Positions 1 to 8,918 of a DNA stretch of 42,138 nt are shown here, in pieces; positions within the stretch are counted from its first letter, which is position 1; each line of letters opens with the position of its first letter. The notes below the pieces were generated by a model. That model had not been told where the DNA came from. It saw only the letters and a list, made by a program, of their open reading frames with translations, and ran no database searches. The stretch lies in IMG/VR virus record IMGVR_UViG_3300013193_000001. One strand, 5' to 3'. The position numbers and the translations under genes were made by a program. The DNA comes from a virus.

Positions 1-99
1 CTCGCCGCCGAAAATAGCGACGATGTAGTAGTCCAAAAGCGAGTAGCCGATGCCATAAAAACCACCGTCGCAAAAATCCAAGGAGACCACGATGAGTAA
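1..99 (+). CDS. C-terminal fragment of the GPWEY-motif paralog gene (duplicate of 42032..42130 through circular permutation)
   Basis: Bases 1-107 are identical to 42032-42138. The frame ends with TAA at 97-99, overlapping the ATG at 92. Confidence 0.5.
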   Translation, partial: LAAENSDDVVVQKRVADAIKTTVAKIQGDHDE

Positions 100-397
100 G
101 CAAGACCAGGCGGCAAAAGCAATCAAATTTGCGGCCGCACGCGGCTACACCCCAGAACAGATCGCCACACTGCTAAACGAACTTAACCTACTCGCACCAG
201 ACGCACCCCAGCCTTACTTTGAGTACGCAGGCGGCCCCGTCTGGGAAGTCAATAACGGGTACAGCATCGAGAAAGAAAGACCGGGCGAAATCACCGTTTC
301 CTACCACGGAGAACCAGCAGAACCAATCACCCCGAAAGAAGCACGCCAACTCGCAGCCGCCCTACTCGCAGCAGCCGATTACTCGGAGGAAGCATGA
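92..397 (+). CDS. hypothetical early protein (contains a GGPVWEV motif resembling the GPWEY paralogs)
   Basis: ATG follows an AAGGAGA RBS. ATGA overlap with the upstream gene stop. C-rich codon third positions like the neighbouring genes. Confidence 0.6.
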   Translation: MSKQDQAAKAIKFAAARGYTPEQIATLLNELNLLAPDAPQPYFEYAGGPVWEVNNGYSIEKERPGEITVSYHGEPAEPITPKEARQLAAALLAAADYSEEA

Positions 398-609
398 GAC
401 CGCACAAAATCAACATCTCACCGCGCAGCATCACCCTCGACGGCATCCCACTCCTACACAGTGACGAAGCCCCAACCGTAGAAACACTCGCGCCCGACCT
501 CCACCTCGTCCACCTCACCGTCTACGCCAGCCACATCCAACTAGACGGCGACACCCACCACACACCGGAGGCCACACCCATCTACAACCAACTCAAGGAA
601 CAAGCATGA
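394..609 (+). CDS. hypothetical protein
   Basis: ATGA start/stop overlap with the upstream gene; same codon bias as its neighbours. Confidence 0.5.
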   Translation: MRPHKINISPRSITLDGIPLLHSDEAPTVETLAPDLHLVHLTVYASHIQLDGDTHHTPEATPIYNQLKEQA

Positions 610-956
610 CCACCCTCGCAGACCTTACGCCCCTAGAACTCGCCAATCACGTGGGCACATGGGTAAACGTGCCGCACAAACCGCACCCCGTAATCTACAT
701 GGGCGAGTTCGAAAGCACCGGAGAAATCAAGCACGGCGCTCGTATCTTCGACCCACGCTACGGCGACAACTACTGCCGCCTAGACGACTGCACCCCACGC
801 CCCGACCTGCCCAGAGCCTGGCAGGCAGACGGTCAACCTCCAGCAGGGAAATGGGAGGAAGCCGAACATCTAAGCAAGGGAGTAACAACCGTCTACCTCT
901 GCGGCAAGGAGAATCCCACGCGCCGCCGGTGGATAGGGGAATGGGAGGAAGCATGA
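606..956 (+). CDS. hypothetical protein
   Basis: ATGA overlap with neighbours; 116-aa ORF. Confidence 0.55.
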   Translation: MTTLADLTPLELANHVGTWVNVPHKPHPVIYMGEFESTGEIKHGARIFDPRYGDNYCRLDDCTPRPDLPRAWQADGQPPAGKWEEAEHLSKGVTTVYLCGKENPTRRRWIGEWEEA

Positions 957-1213
957 GACGATGGCGGGTCTACAAAGACCATGAGGATAGGTGGCTGCGG
1001 TGGATAGCCGTACCCGCCCACGAAAACTGGTGGGAAAGGCCCCAAGGCCGCCGCTTCCCCGAATGGGGCATGGCCCTGCGCTACGCCAACCGAATGGCAC
1101 ACACAGAACGGCCCGAGGACTACAGGCGCACCAGCGACCCTGACGCACTCGCAAAAGCACTAAGCGAACTCGGATACAAGATAAAGACGGCCATCCACCC
1201 CTACGCCCACTAG
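953..1213 (+). CDS. hypothetical protein (Trp/Arg-rich)
   Basis: ATGA overlap at 953. In frame with the tail of the 659..1213 ORF. Followed by an intrinsic terminator. Confidence 0.5.
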   Translation: MRRWRVYKDHEDRWLRWIAVPAHENWWERPQGRRFPEWGMALRYANRMAHTERPEDYRRTSDPDALAKALSELGYKIKTAIHPYAH

Positions 1214-1227
1214 CCCACACACCACCA

Positions 1228-1258
1228 GGCCCCGCACACACAGCGGGGCCATTTTTAA
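1228..1258 (+). terminator. rho-independent terminator
   Basis: Stem GGCCCCGC (1228-1235) pairs with GCGGGGCC (1243-1250) around the loop ACACACA, followed by ATTTTTAAT. Confidence 0.7.
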
Positions 1259-1295
1259 TACCCAAAACCACCCAACCACGGAGGAGAAACCACTA

Positions 1296-3830
1296 ATGAA
1301 AAACCGCGAGCTCAAAATCGCCACCGCAACCACCCGCACCTCCTCCCACTGGACCAACGAACTCGCCACCCTCCAAGACCTCACCGCACGCGCGTATGAG
1401 CCCATCATCGTCAACTGCACCAAAGACGAATACAAGAAGATGACCAAGGCCGAGCGCGACAAGCACAAAGACGTAGGAGGCTTCGTCGGCGGACACCTCA
1501 AACACGGACGCCGCCGCAAAGGTCACATCCTCACCCGCAGCCTCATCACCCTCGACCTCGACAACATCCCAGCAGGCGTAGACCTTCCCGCCGCCCTGGC
1601 CAACACCGTCCCCTACGCCTGGCTCGCCCACACCACACTCAGCCACCTCACCACCGAACAACGCTGGCGCATCTGGGTATGGCTCCACCGCGACGTCACC
1701 GCCGACGAATACGGCGCCGTCGCCCGCAGAGTCGCCCAAGACATCAACCCCGGACTCGCATGGTTCGACCCCACCACCTTCGAACCAGAACGATTCTTCT
1801 ACTGGCCCGCCACCCTCACCGACGGCGACTACCACGTCCACGTCAGCACCCAAAAAGACATCCTCAACCCCGACGACTACCTCGACCGCTACGACACCTG
1901 GCAAGACGTCACCACCTGGCCCGGCATCACACCCGAACAAGCCAAAGCATTCCAAGCCACCGGCAAGCTCGACGACCCGCGCGACAAACCCGGCATGCTC
2001 GGCGCCTTCAACCGCGCCTACCCAATCCCGCGCGCCATCAAAACTTTCCTCCCGGACGTCTACAAGCCTGGCACCACCAACAACCGCTACACCTACACCG
2101 GCGGTTCTTCCAGCAACGGCCTCATCGTCTACAACCAAGGCCACTACGCCTACAGCCAGCACGCCACCGACCCCGCCGCCGACGGACACTCCCACGCAGC
2201 CTTCGACCTCGTCCGCATCCACAAATACGGCGACCTAGACACAGACACCGCGGCCGGCACACCAGCCAACAAGAAACCCAGCTACCTCGCCATGATGGAC
2301 TTCATCAACGAGGATTCCGCTACGCGCGCAGAAAACGCTAAAGCCACCGCGGCAAAGATTAACGACGTCTTCCAACCCATCACCGAGGACCAGGACGCGC
2401 GCGGCGAAGAGGACGACGCAACAACATCCGAGGCAGGGGAGGGAACCACCACAGCAGGGGAGACGGACACCCATGACCCCACCGCCTGGCTCACCCAACT
2501 CGAAACCAAAAAAGACGGAACCTTCAAAGACACCATCGGAAACTTCGAACTCATCCTCACCCACGACCCACACATCAACCACATCGCCTGGAACGCCCAC
2601 GCCAACCACCTCGAAGTCCAAGACCCCCAAGCCCTCCCATGGGAACAAATCAACCCCGGCTGGACCGACAACGACGAAGCCCAACTCAAAGCCCACATCG
2701 CCCGCACCTACGGCGGACTCTACGCACCCACCAAAATGAACGACGCACTACTCGCAACCGCATCCGCACGCGCCTTCCACCCCGTCCGCGACTACTTCAA
2801 CCACCTCCCACCATGGGACGGAATCGAACGACTCGACACACTCCTCATCGACACCCTCGGCGCCGACAACACCGACTACGTACGTGCCGTCACCCGCAAA
2901 ACCTTCGTCGCAGCACACCGCCGCACCTTCAACCCCGGCTGCAAATTCGACCAAGTCCTCACCCTCGTAGGCCCCCAAGGCGCCGGCAAATCCACAATCT
3001 TCAACCGCATGGCCGACCCCTGGTTCTCCGACTCGCTGACCATCACCGACATGAAAGACAAAACAGCCGCCGAAAAACTCGCCGGCAACCTCATCGTCGA
3101 ACTCTCCGAACTCGCCGGCATGCGCAAAGCAGAAGCCGAACCAGTCAAAGGCTTCATCTCAAGGACGGAGGACAAGTACCGGCCGGCTTATGGCCGCAAC
3201 GTACAAAGCTTCCCACGCCAAGGAATCATCGTCGGCTCCACCAACGCCGACGAAGGCTTCCTACGCGACACCACAGGCAACCGCCGCTGGTGGCCCGTCC
3301 ACGTCACCGGCCAAGGCTGGCTCGGAAAACCACACACGCTTACCCAACAAACCATCGACCAACTCTGGGCAGAAGCACGCGCGCGCGACCACCAAGGAGA
3401 AAAGCTCTACCTCACCGGCGACCTACTCCAGGCCGCCGAACACATCCAAGCCGAAAGTGTAGAAGCCGACGACCGCGTCGGAATCGTCGCCGAATACCTC
3501 GACAAAGCCTTGCCCGGAAACTGGGACGCCCTCCCACTCGGCATGCGCCGCATCTGGCTCGACGGCGAAACACTCCCAGACCAATACCGCGAGGCAGGCA
3601 TGTGGGACCGCACCATCCAGCGCAACACCGTCTCGAAAATCGAAATCTGGTCCGAGTGCTTCGGGCGTAATCCAGAGGACATGCGCAAGATTGACTCCCA
3701 CGAGATCACTGCAATCATGCGGCAGATTGACGGGTGGGAAGACAGCGGAGAGCGGAAGCAGCTACCCATCTATGGCCGTCAAAGGGTGTTCCGCAAAATC
3801 CAATTCCGGTCAGATGTTCTAGCAATGTAG
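1296..3830 (+). CDS. DNA primase-polymerase / helicase (N-terminal PrimPol-like, C-terminal VirE/D5-type P-loop NTPase)
   Basis: 844 aa with a GGAGGAG RBS. Motifs: DLD in ITLDLDNIP, GDYHVHV, Walker A GPQGAGKST at 2971-2997, Walker B LIVELSEL, VGSTN, RRWWPVHV. Confidence 0.75.
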   Translation: MKNRELKIATATTRTSSHWTNELATLQDLTARAYEPIIVNCTKDEYKKMTKAERDKHKDVGGFVGGHLKHGRRRKGHILTRSLITLDLDNIPAGVDLPAALANTVPYAWLAHTTLSHLTTEQRWRIWVWLHRDVTADEYGAVARRVAQDINPGLAWFDPTTFEPERFFYWPATLTDGDYHVHVSTQKDILNPDDYLDRYDTWQDVTTWPGITPEQAKAFQATGKLDDPRDKPGMLGAFNRAYPIPRAIKTFLPDVYKPGTTNNRYTYTGGSSSNGLIVYNQGHYAYSQHATDPAADGHSHAAFDLVRIHKYGDLDTDTAAGTPANKKPSYLAMMDFINEDSATRAENAKATAAKINDVFQPITEDQDARGEEDDATTSEAGEGTTTAGETDTHDPTAWLTQLETKKDGTFKDTIGNFELILTHDPHINHIAWNAHANHLEVQDPQALPWEQINPGWTDNDEAQLKAHIARTYGGLYAPTKMNDALLATASARAFHPVRDYFNHLPPWDGIERLDTLLIDTLGADNTDYVRAVTRKTFVAAHRRTFNPGCKFDQVLTLVGPQGAGKSTIFNRMADPWFSDSLTITDMKDKTAAEKLAGNLIVELSELAGMRKAEAEPVKGFISRTEDKYRPAYGRNVQSFPRQGIIVGSTNADEGFLRDTTGNRRWWPVHVTGQGWLGKPHTLTQQTIDQLWAEARARDHQGEKLYLTGDLLQAAEHIQAESVEADDRVGIVAEYLDKALPGNWDALPLGMRRIWLDGETLPDQYREAGMWDRTIQRNTVSKIEIWSECFGRNPEDMRKIDSHEITAIMRQIDGWEDSGERKQLPIYGRQRVFRKIQFRSDVLAM

Positions 3831-3980
3831 GTCGGGACAATGCCCCGGGACAACATAACCCCAGGCTTTGTCCCGATGGGGACAAAGGACAAATCCTAAA
3901 GGCATTGTCCCGTACATTGTCCCGACCGAAAACCATGTACTAGCGGCTCAAACATCACCATAAGGACAAACGGGACAAAG
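3831..3980. repeat. iteron-like cluster of GGGACAA/TTGTCCC repeats (putative replication origin)
   Basis: At least 8 copies of the 7-mer in both orientations: 3834, 3847, 3868, 3879, 3905, 3917 and 3972, plus GGACAAA at 3887 and 3964. Perfect 12-bp inverted repeat GTCGGGACAATG (3831-3842) / CATTGTCCCGAC (3915-3926). An AT-rich stretch follows (3985-4090). Confidence 0.6.
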
Positions 3981-4097
3981 TTTCTTATTAAAGAGTCTGT
4001 AGGAAATTAGAGGGGTGTTATGTACAAAACTACGGACACACTGCCTAAATCAGACACCTAAATAGGAAAACCCCCGACTTTGTTCCACCCACCATGA

Positions 4098-4394
4098 TTG
4101 GACAGAAACCCAATGCTCGAACGCGAAGTCGAAAAAGCCCTCGTCCACCAGGTCCGCAAGGCCGGCGGAATCGCACCAAAACTCACCAGCCCCGCAAACG
4201 CCGGCATGCCCGACCGACTCGTAATCCTCCCCCAAGGCAAGGTCTGCTTCATCGAAGTCAAAGCCCCCGGCAAGAAACCCCGCCCACTCCAAATCCGCCA
4301 AATGGAACGACTCACCCAGCTTGGCTGCACGGTCCGTGTCATCGACCACCCCAACCAAATCCAGGAACTCATCCATGAAATTCAAGCCGCATGA
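4098..4394 (+). CDS. VRR-NUC domain nuclease (PD-(D/E)xK)
   Basis: Motifs GMPDRLVIL and FIEVK. About 90 aa, lying immediately upstream of the SNF2 helicase. Start is TTG 4098 or ATG 4113. Confidence 0.7.
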   Translation: MDRNPMLEREVEKALVHQVRKAGGIAPKLTSPANAGMPDRLVILPQGKVCFIEVKAPGKKPRPLQIRQMERLTQLGCTVRVIDHPNQIQELIHEIQAA

Positions 4395-5733
4395 CTACCA
4401 AGCCCACACCACCCAATTCATCATCGACCACCCAGAGTCAGCAATATTTCTGGGCATGGGTATGGGCAAGACAATCTCCACCCTCACCGCCATCAACGAC
4501 CTCATCCGCAACCGCTTCGAAACCCAAAAGGTTCTCGTCATCGCACCCATCCGCGTCGCCCGCGACACCTGGCCCGCAGAAATCCACAAATGGGACCACC
4601 TAGCCGGCCTCACCGTCAGCCCCATCACCGGAACCGCACAGCAACGCGAAGCTGCCGCCAACCGCCGAGCGGACATCTACACCATCGGACGCGAGAACAT
4701 CCCCTGGCTGGTGAAGCACCACGGCAACCACTGGCCCTACGACATGGTCATCATCGACGAACTCTCATCCTTCAAGAACCCGCAAGCCAAACGCTTCAAA
4801 GAACTCAAGAAAGTCCGACCGAAAATTAACCGCATCGTCGGCCTCACCGGCACACCCGCCCCCAACTCCCTGCTGGATATCTGGGCGCCGTTCCGCCTCA
4901 TCGACAACGGCCAACGACTCGGCAAGTACATCACCCACTACCGAGACCAGTACTTCACACCCGGCCGGCGCAACGGCACCGTCGTTTACAACTGGAACCT
5001 CCGGCCCGGCGCAGACCAAGCCATCTACGACAACATCGCCGACATCACCGTCAGTATGCGCACCACCGACTACCTCCAACTCCCAGAGGCCACCCACCAG
5101 CACATCACCGTCCAACTCCCGCCCAAGGCGCGCAAGCACATCGACACCCTTAAGCGTGACCTCGTCCTGGACCTCGACGATGACACCATCGACGCCGCCA
5201 ACGCCGCCACCCTGTCACTGAAGCTGCAGCAGCTCGCCGGCGGCGCCATCTACAACGAAACCGGCGACAAATACATCACCATCCACAACGAGAAAATCCA
5301 GGCGCTTGCCGAACTTGTTGACCAAGCCGCCGGCAACACCGTGCTGGTCTGCTACTGGTTCAAGCACGAACGCTACCGAATCCTTGACGCTATCCCCGGC
5401 GCGCGCGTACTCGACACCCAGCAGGACTTCCACGACTGGAACAACGGCGACATTCCAGTCGCACTCATCCACCCCGCCAGCGCGGGCCACGGACTCAACC
5501 TCCAAGCCGGCGGGCACATCATGGTGTGGTTCACCACGCCTTGGAGCTTGGAGCTCTACGAGCAAGCCAACGCCCGACTACACCGGCAAGGCCAAACCGA
5601 ACCCGTCAGCATCATCCACATCGACACCGCCGACTCCATCGACCAAACAGTCCACCAGGCGCTTACCCGCAAAGACACCACACAGCAAGCACTCATCACA
5701 GCAGTCAAAGCCCAACTCGAGGAGGCAGCATGA
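4375..5733 (+). CDS. SNF2-family DNA helicase
   Basis: Start MKFKPHDYQ...GMGMGKT (Q-motif/Walker A), then DELSSFKN (DExx) and LTGTPAPNSLLDIW, with C-terminal helicase motifs (QGQTEPVSIIHI). Overlaps the VRR-NUC gene by 20 nt. Confidence 0.8.
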   Translation: MKFKPHDYQAHTTQFIIDHPESAIFLGMGMGKTISTLTAINDLIRNRFETQKVLVIAPIRVARDTWPAEIHKWDHLAGLTVSPITGTAQQREAAANRRADIYTIGRENIPWLVKHHGNHWPYDMVIIDELSSFKNPQAKRFKELKKVRPKINRIVGLTGTPAPNSLLDIWAPFRLIDNGQRLGKYITHYRDQYFTPGRRNGTVVYNWNLRPGADQAIYDNIADITVSMRTTDYLQLPEATHQHITVQLPPKARKHIDTLKRDLVLDLDDDTIDAANAATLSLKLQQLAGGAIYNETGDKYITIHNEKIQALAELVDQAAGNTVLVCYWFKHERYRILDAIPGARVLDTQQDFHDWNNGDIPVALIHPASAGHGLNLQAGGHIMVWFTTPWSLELYEQANARLHRQGQTEPVSIIHIDTADSIDQTVHQALTRKDTTQQALITAVKAQLEEAA

Positions 5734-6203
5734 AACAAGTAGACGAGTTCCAACTGAGAGACCTAGCCCGCGAACTCGCCGGTCACTACACCGAGCTACA
5801 CGCGCTCAAAGACACAACCCCCAACCCGCCCGAGGTCAAGACCAGGAACTCAGTCAAGGGTCTTGGCCCCAAGTCGCCCGGCAACTGGCTATGGCTCAAC
5901 CGATACGTCACCATGGAGCAGAACCTGCGAGAGCTGGCACTCAATGCGTTCGGCACCGACGGCATCGGAATCCGCATCAACGAGGCAGACTTCACCGCAC
6001 CACGACTATGCCGACTCATCGCCTGGCACGCCCAGCCACTATCAGAGCTGGACTGGTCAGCAGACCTAGCGCAGGAACTCGAGGACCAAGCCCGAACCAT
6101 CAACCGATGGACACACCCACCGGAACACGGCCAAGCACTGCTGAAGTCAGCGCGAGTGAAACGTCACCTCCTTGGTAAGTATTTGCCACCACTTGACAAG
6201 TAG
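5730..6203 (+). CDS. hypothetical protein
   Basis: ATGA overlap with the SNF2 gene stop; 157 aa; followed by a terminator. Confidence 0.55.
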   Translation: MKQVDEFQLRDLARELAGHYTELHALKDTTPNPPEVKTRNSVKGLGPKSPGNWLWLNRYVTMEQNLRELALNAFGTDGIGIRINEADFTAPRLCRLIAWHAQPLSELDWSADLAQELEDQARTINRWTHPPEHGQALLKSARVKRHLLGKYLPPLDK

Positions 6204-6237
6204 TCTAAATAAAATGATATGATTGCGCTGTAGTAAG

Positions 6238-6268
6238 AGCCCGCCTGAGAGCGGGCTTTTGTCGTTTT
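6238..6268 (+). terminator. rho-independent terminator
   Basis: GCCCGC, loop CTGAGA, GCGGGC, then TTTTGTCGTTTT. Confidence 0.75.
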
Positions 6269-6495
6269 AACCAAGTCTTGTCGCCTGACTCACTAACCCA
6301 CTAATGCGGACACTTTTTGCAGAACTGACCACCTGAGATGCAGGCCACCGGTTCGCGACCGGGGCAAGACACCAAGCCTTGTAGCCACCTCACCCCTGAA
6401 GCCATCAATCAAGCATTGAGAACTCTGAGCAACAACCTGAGGCGCAGGCCGCTGGCTCACGACCAGAACAAGGCACAAAGAAACCGGAGGTGAAC

Positions 6496-6858
6496 GTGAG
6501 TATCACCAAAACCACCACACAACGCGGATACGGATACAAACAACACCAAAAAACCCGCAAAACCCTACTATTCAACCTCGTCGACGGCACCGAATGCGAA
6601 TACTGCGGCAAACCAATGTTCCGCGACCCGGCCAAAAACTTCGACGGAGCTGCACTCGAAGCGGACCACGTAGACAGGGACAAAACCCAGCCACCCAAAC
6701 GCCTCATACACCGCAAATGCAACCGCACGCTAAACGGTAAAGGCAAAGGCACATGGGTCAAACACGGGCCAGAGTGGTACGCCAAGCACGGCCAAACCAC
6801 TGACACCGAAAAAGGGGTGGGGCTCGACTGGCCCGGAGGAAAAATAATCAACTGGTGA
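6496..6858 (+). CDS. HNH endonuclease (likely cos-cleavage partner of terminase)
   Basis: Motifs CEYCGKP...EADHVDRDK...HRKCN (C-x2-C / H-N-H). GTG 6496 with a GGAGG RBS 5 nt upstream (GTG 6490 also possible). Immediately upstream of the terminase genes. Confidence 0.75.
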   Translation: MSITKTTTQRGYGYKQHQKTRKTLLFNLVDGTECEYCGKPMFRDPAKNFDGAALEADHVDRDKTQPPKRLIHRKCNRTLNGKGKGTWVKHGPEWYAKHGQTTDTEKGVGLDWPGGKIINW

Positions 6859-6973
6859 CCCAGGGGGTGACCAAAAAATCTGACACGCCCTCTCCCTGAC
6901 ACCGCCCCGTCCGCATGCAGTCAGGGATTCTCTCTCGGGTGAAAAATGGGGGGTCGTGCGCGTATAGGGAGGC

Positions 6974-7267
6974 ATGTTGATGGATTTTGAGAATGATGGG
7001 CTGCGCTCGATGGTTGATTCGGTCGTTGAGGCGGTTGAGTCTGCGGATCATTTGGTGGAGTCTGACCAGGCTTCGGTTGATTTGGCGTTGCATTTGGCGA
7101 CGATTATTGATGAGGCGCGTGAATCGGGTGACCCGGACGCTATTTCTAAGACTTCTTTCGGGCCAATGCCTACTTTGAATAAGGTTTTGACTGGTTTGGG
7201 GCTTAATCCGGAGGGGAAGCAGAAGCTGGGCTTGAATGATGATGTCCAGGAGGATGACGAGTTTTAG
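6974..7267 (+). CDS. hypothetical acidic protein, possible terminase small subunit
   Basis: 97-aa ORF directly upstream of TerL. First gene of the G/T-third-position codon block. The assignment is positional only. Confidence 0.4.
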   Translation: MLMDFENDGLRSMVDSVVEAVESADHLVESDQASVDLALHLATIIDEARESGDPDAISKTSFGPMPTLNKVLTGLGLNPEGKQKLGLNDDVQEDDEF

Positions 7268-7280
7268 TAGGTAGGGGTGA

Positions 7281-8918
7281 GTGGTCGTGGCTTTGACTTT
7301 GCCGCGGGTGTTTACCCCGCCACTGCGTGACCTTGATGAGCCGGGGGCGTCGTGGGGCCACGATATGGCGTGGTTTTGCGATGAGATTTTGGACGAGCCG
7401 CTTTCTGACTATCAGGAGTGGTTGTCTATGCATGCGCTTGAGGTGTTGACGAAAGAGAAGGCTCTCGAGTTCGCCATGTTGGAGGATGATCCGGCAGCGG
7501 AGATTGTGAAGGTGGAGCGTTTGTACGCTTCGCCGGAGGTTCGTGGTGGTCGTCCGATTCCGAATGGGCGTTTGCGGTTTACCAAGACTTTGATTTTGAT
7601 TTCGCGTCAGAATGGTAAGACGGATTGGGTAAAGAAGCTCATTAAGTGGGCTATTTTCCGCAAGCGTATGCCGGAAGTTATGGCTGCGGCGCAGACGCTG
7701 AATAAGTCGATTGATTTGTGGAATGAGATTCTGCTTGAGATTGAGCGTCACCCGAAGCTGCGTAGGATTCTAGGCCGCGTTGACCATTCTAAGGGTGCGC
7801 AGGCTATGTGGACTAAGGGTAAGCGGCAGCGGTATCGCCCGGTGGGGATTGATGAGAATGCTGGCCGTGGTGACACGGTGGATTTGCTCTACATTGATGA
7901 GCTGCGTACTCAAAAAGACTTCACGGGTGTGAACTCGTTGGAAGCTACCACTGCGGTGCCGGACAATGGGTTGATTGTTATTACGTCGAATGCTGGCGTA
8001 GGCCATTCGGTCGTGTTGCGTGATTATCGCAATATGGCGAAGCGTCCGCTTGATGAGGGCGCGTGGCGTGATACTCGTATGGGGTTGTTTGAGTGGTCTG
8101 CTGACCCGTCGGCGGATATTGATGATGTTGAGGGGTGGAAGCAGGCGAATCCGGACCTTGGCAATGGGCGTATCACGATGGCGACGTTGGCGGGTTTCCG
8201 TGAGTCGAAGTCGGAGGCGGCGTTTCGTACTGAGCACCTGTGTCAGTGGGTCGATGAGCTTGGTGATGATTTCGAGCCGATTGTTCCGTTTGAGCGTTGG
8301 GGGTCGTTGGCAGTGGAACGCCGTGTTGCCGTTGGTGAGTGTGTGCTTGCGGTAGAGGTGTCGCCGGATTCGGAGTCGGTGACCTTTGTGTCTGCTGGGC
8401 AGACTTCGCGGGGCGTACACCTCGAGCAGAGGAATGGTGATAAGGCGTTCGAAGTCGAGTCCACCGTTGAGACCATCCGTCGTTTTGTGGTGGAGAATGA
8501 TGACCCTGCGGCGGTTGTTCTGGATAAGGATTCGCCGGCTGGTGTTCTTGTGCCGCATTTGCAGGCGGCAGGAATTGAGCCTGTGTTGTTGAACGGTGGA
8601 ATGGTCGCGGGTGCTTTGCGTGAGTTGAAGCAAGCCGTCGCTGATGGGCGTCTCACGCATGATGGTGCGCAGGAATGGGTAGGCGCGTTGCGCGTTGCAA
8701 CAGTGCGTGATGGTGGCGGTCGCTATCCGTCGATCGAGCGTTTTTCCGGTGATGTATCGGTGCTTGTTGCTGGCACGTTCGCGTTGTGGGCTCTGAACAA
8801 GTTCATCGCGGAGTTCCAGGTGCCGTACAAGCAAGTCGAGGTTGAGAAGAAGAACCCCGTGGGTACATTCCCGGTGTTTTCGAGAAAGAAGTTGATGGGA
8901 GGTGCGCTCGTTGGCTGA
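7281..8918 (+). CDS. terminase large subunit
   Basis: 545 aa. ATPase Walker A-like ISRQNGKTDW. Position before the portal gene. GTG start with a GGGGTGA RBS. Confidence 0.8.
   Translation: MVVALTLPRVFTPPLRDLDEPGASWGHDMAWFCDEILDEPLSDYQEWLSMHALEVLTKEKALEFAMLEDDPAAEIVKVERLYASPEVRGGRPIPNGRLRFTKTLILISRQNGKTDWVKKLIKWAIFRKRMPEVMAAAQTLNKSIDLWNEILLEIERHPKLRRILGRVDHSKGAQAMWTKGKRQRYRPVGIDENAGRGDTVDLLYIDELRTQKDFTGVNSLEATTAVPDNGLIVITSNAGVGHSVVLRDYRNMAKRPLDEGAWRDTRMGLFEWSADPSADIDDVEGWKQANPDLGNGRITMATLAGFRESKSEAAFRTEHLCQWVDELGDDFEPIVPFERWGSLAVERRVAVGECVLAVEVSPDSESVTFVSAGQTSRGVHLEQRNGDKAFEVESTVETIRRFVVENDDPAAVVLDKDSPAGVLVPHLQAAGIEPVLLNGGMVAGALRELKQAVADGRLTHDGAQEWVGALRVATVRDGGGRYPSIERFSGDVSVLVAGTFALWALNKFIAEFQVPYKQVEVEKKNPVGTFPVFSRKKLMGGALVG

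Noticed and set aside
1293-2222. 309-aa ORF on the - strand antisense to the primase gene
   Set aside because: Low-complexity G/V/A-rich translation typical of the antisense frame of a high-GC gene. The + strand ORF has clear Walker/PrimPol motifs.
2639-3670. 343-aa Arg/Pro-rich + strand ORF inside the primase gene
   Set aside because: Alternative-frame artefact (R/P/H-rich) with no RBS and no motifs.
5526-6203. Longer 225-aa start for the gene after SNF2
   Set aside because: The upstream 68 aa overlap SNF2 in another frame and are P/R/H-rich. The ATGA-coupled start at 5730 is preferred.
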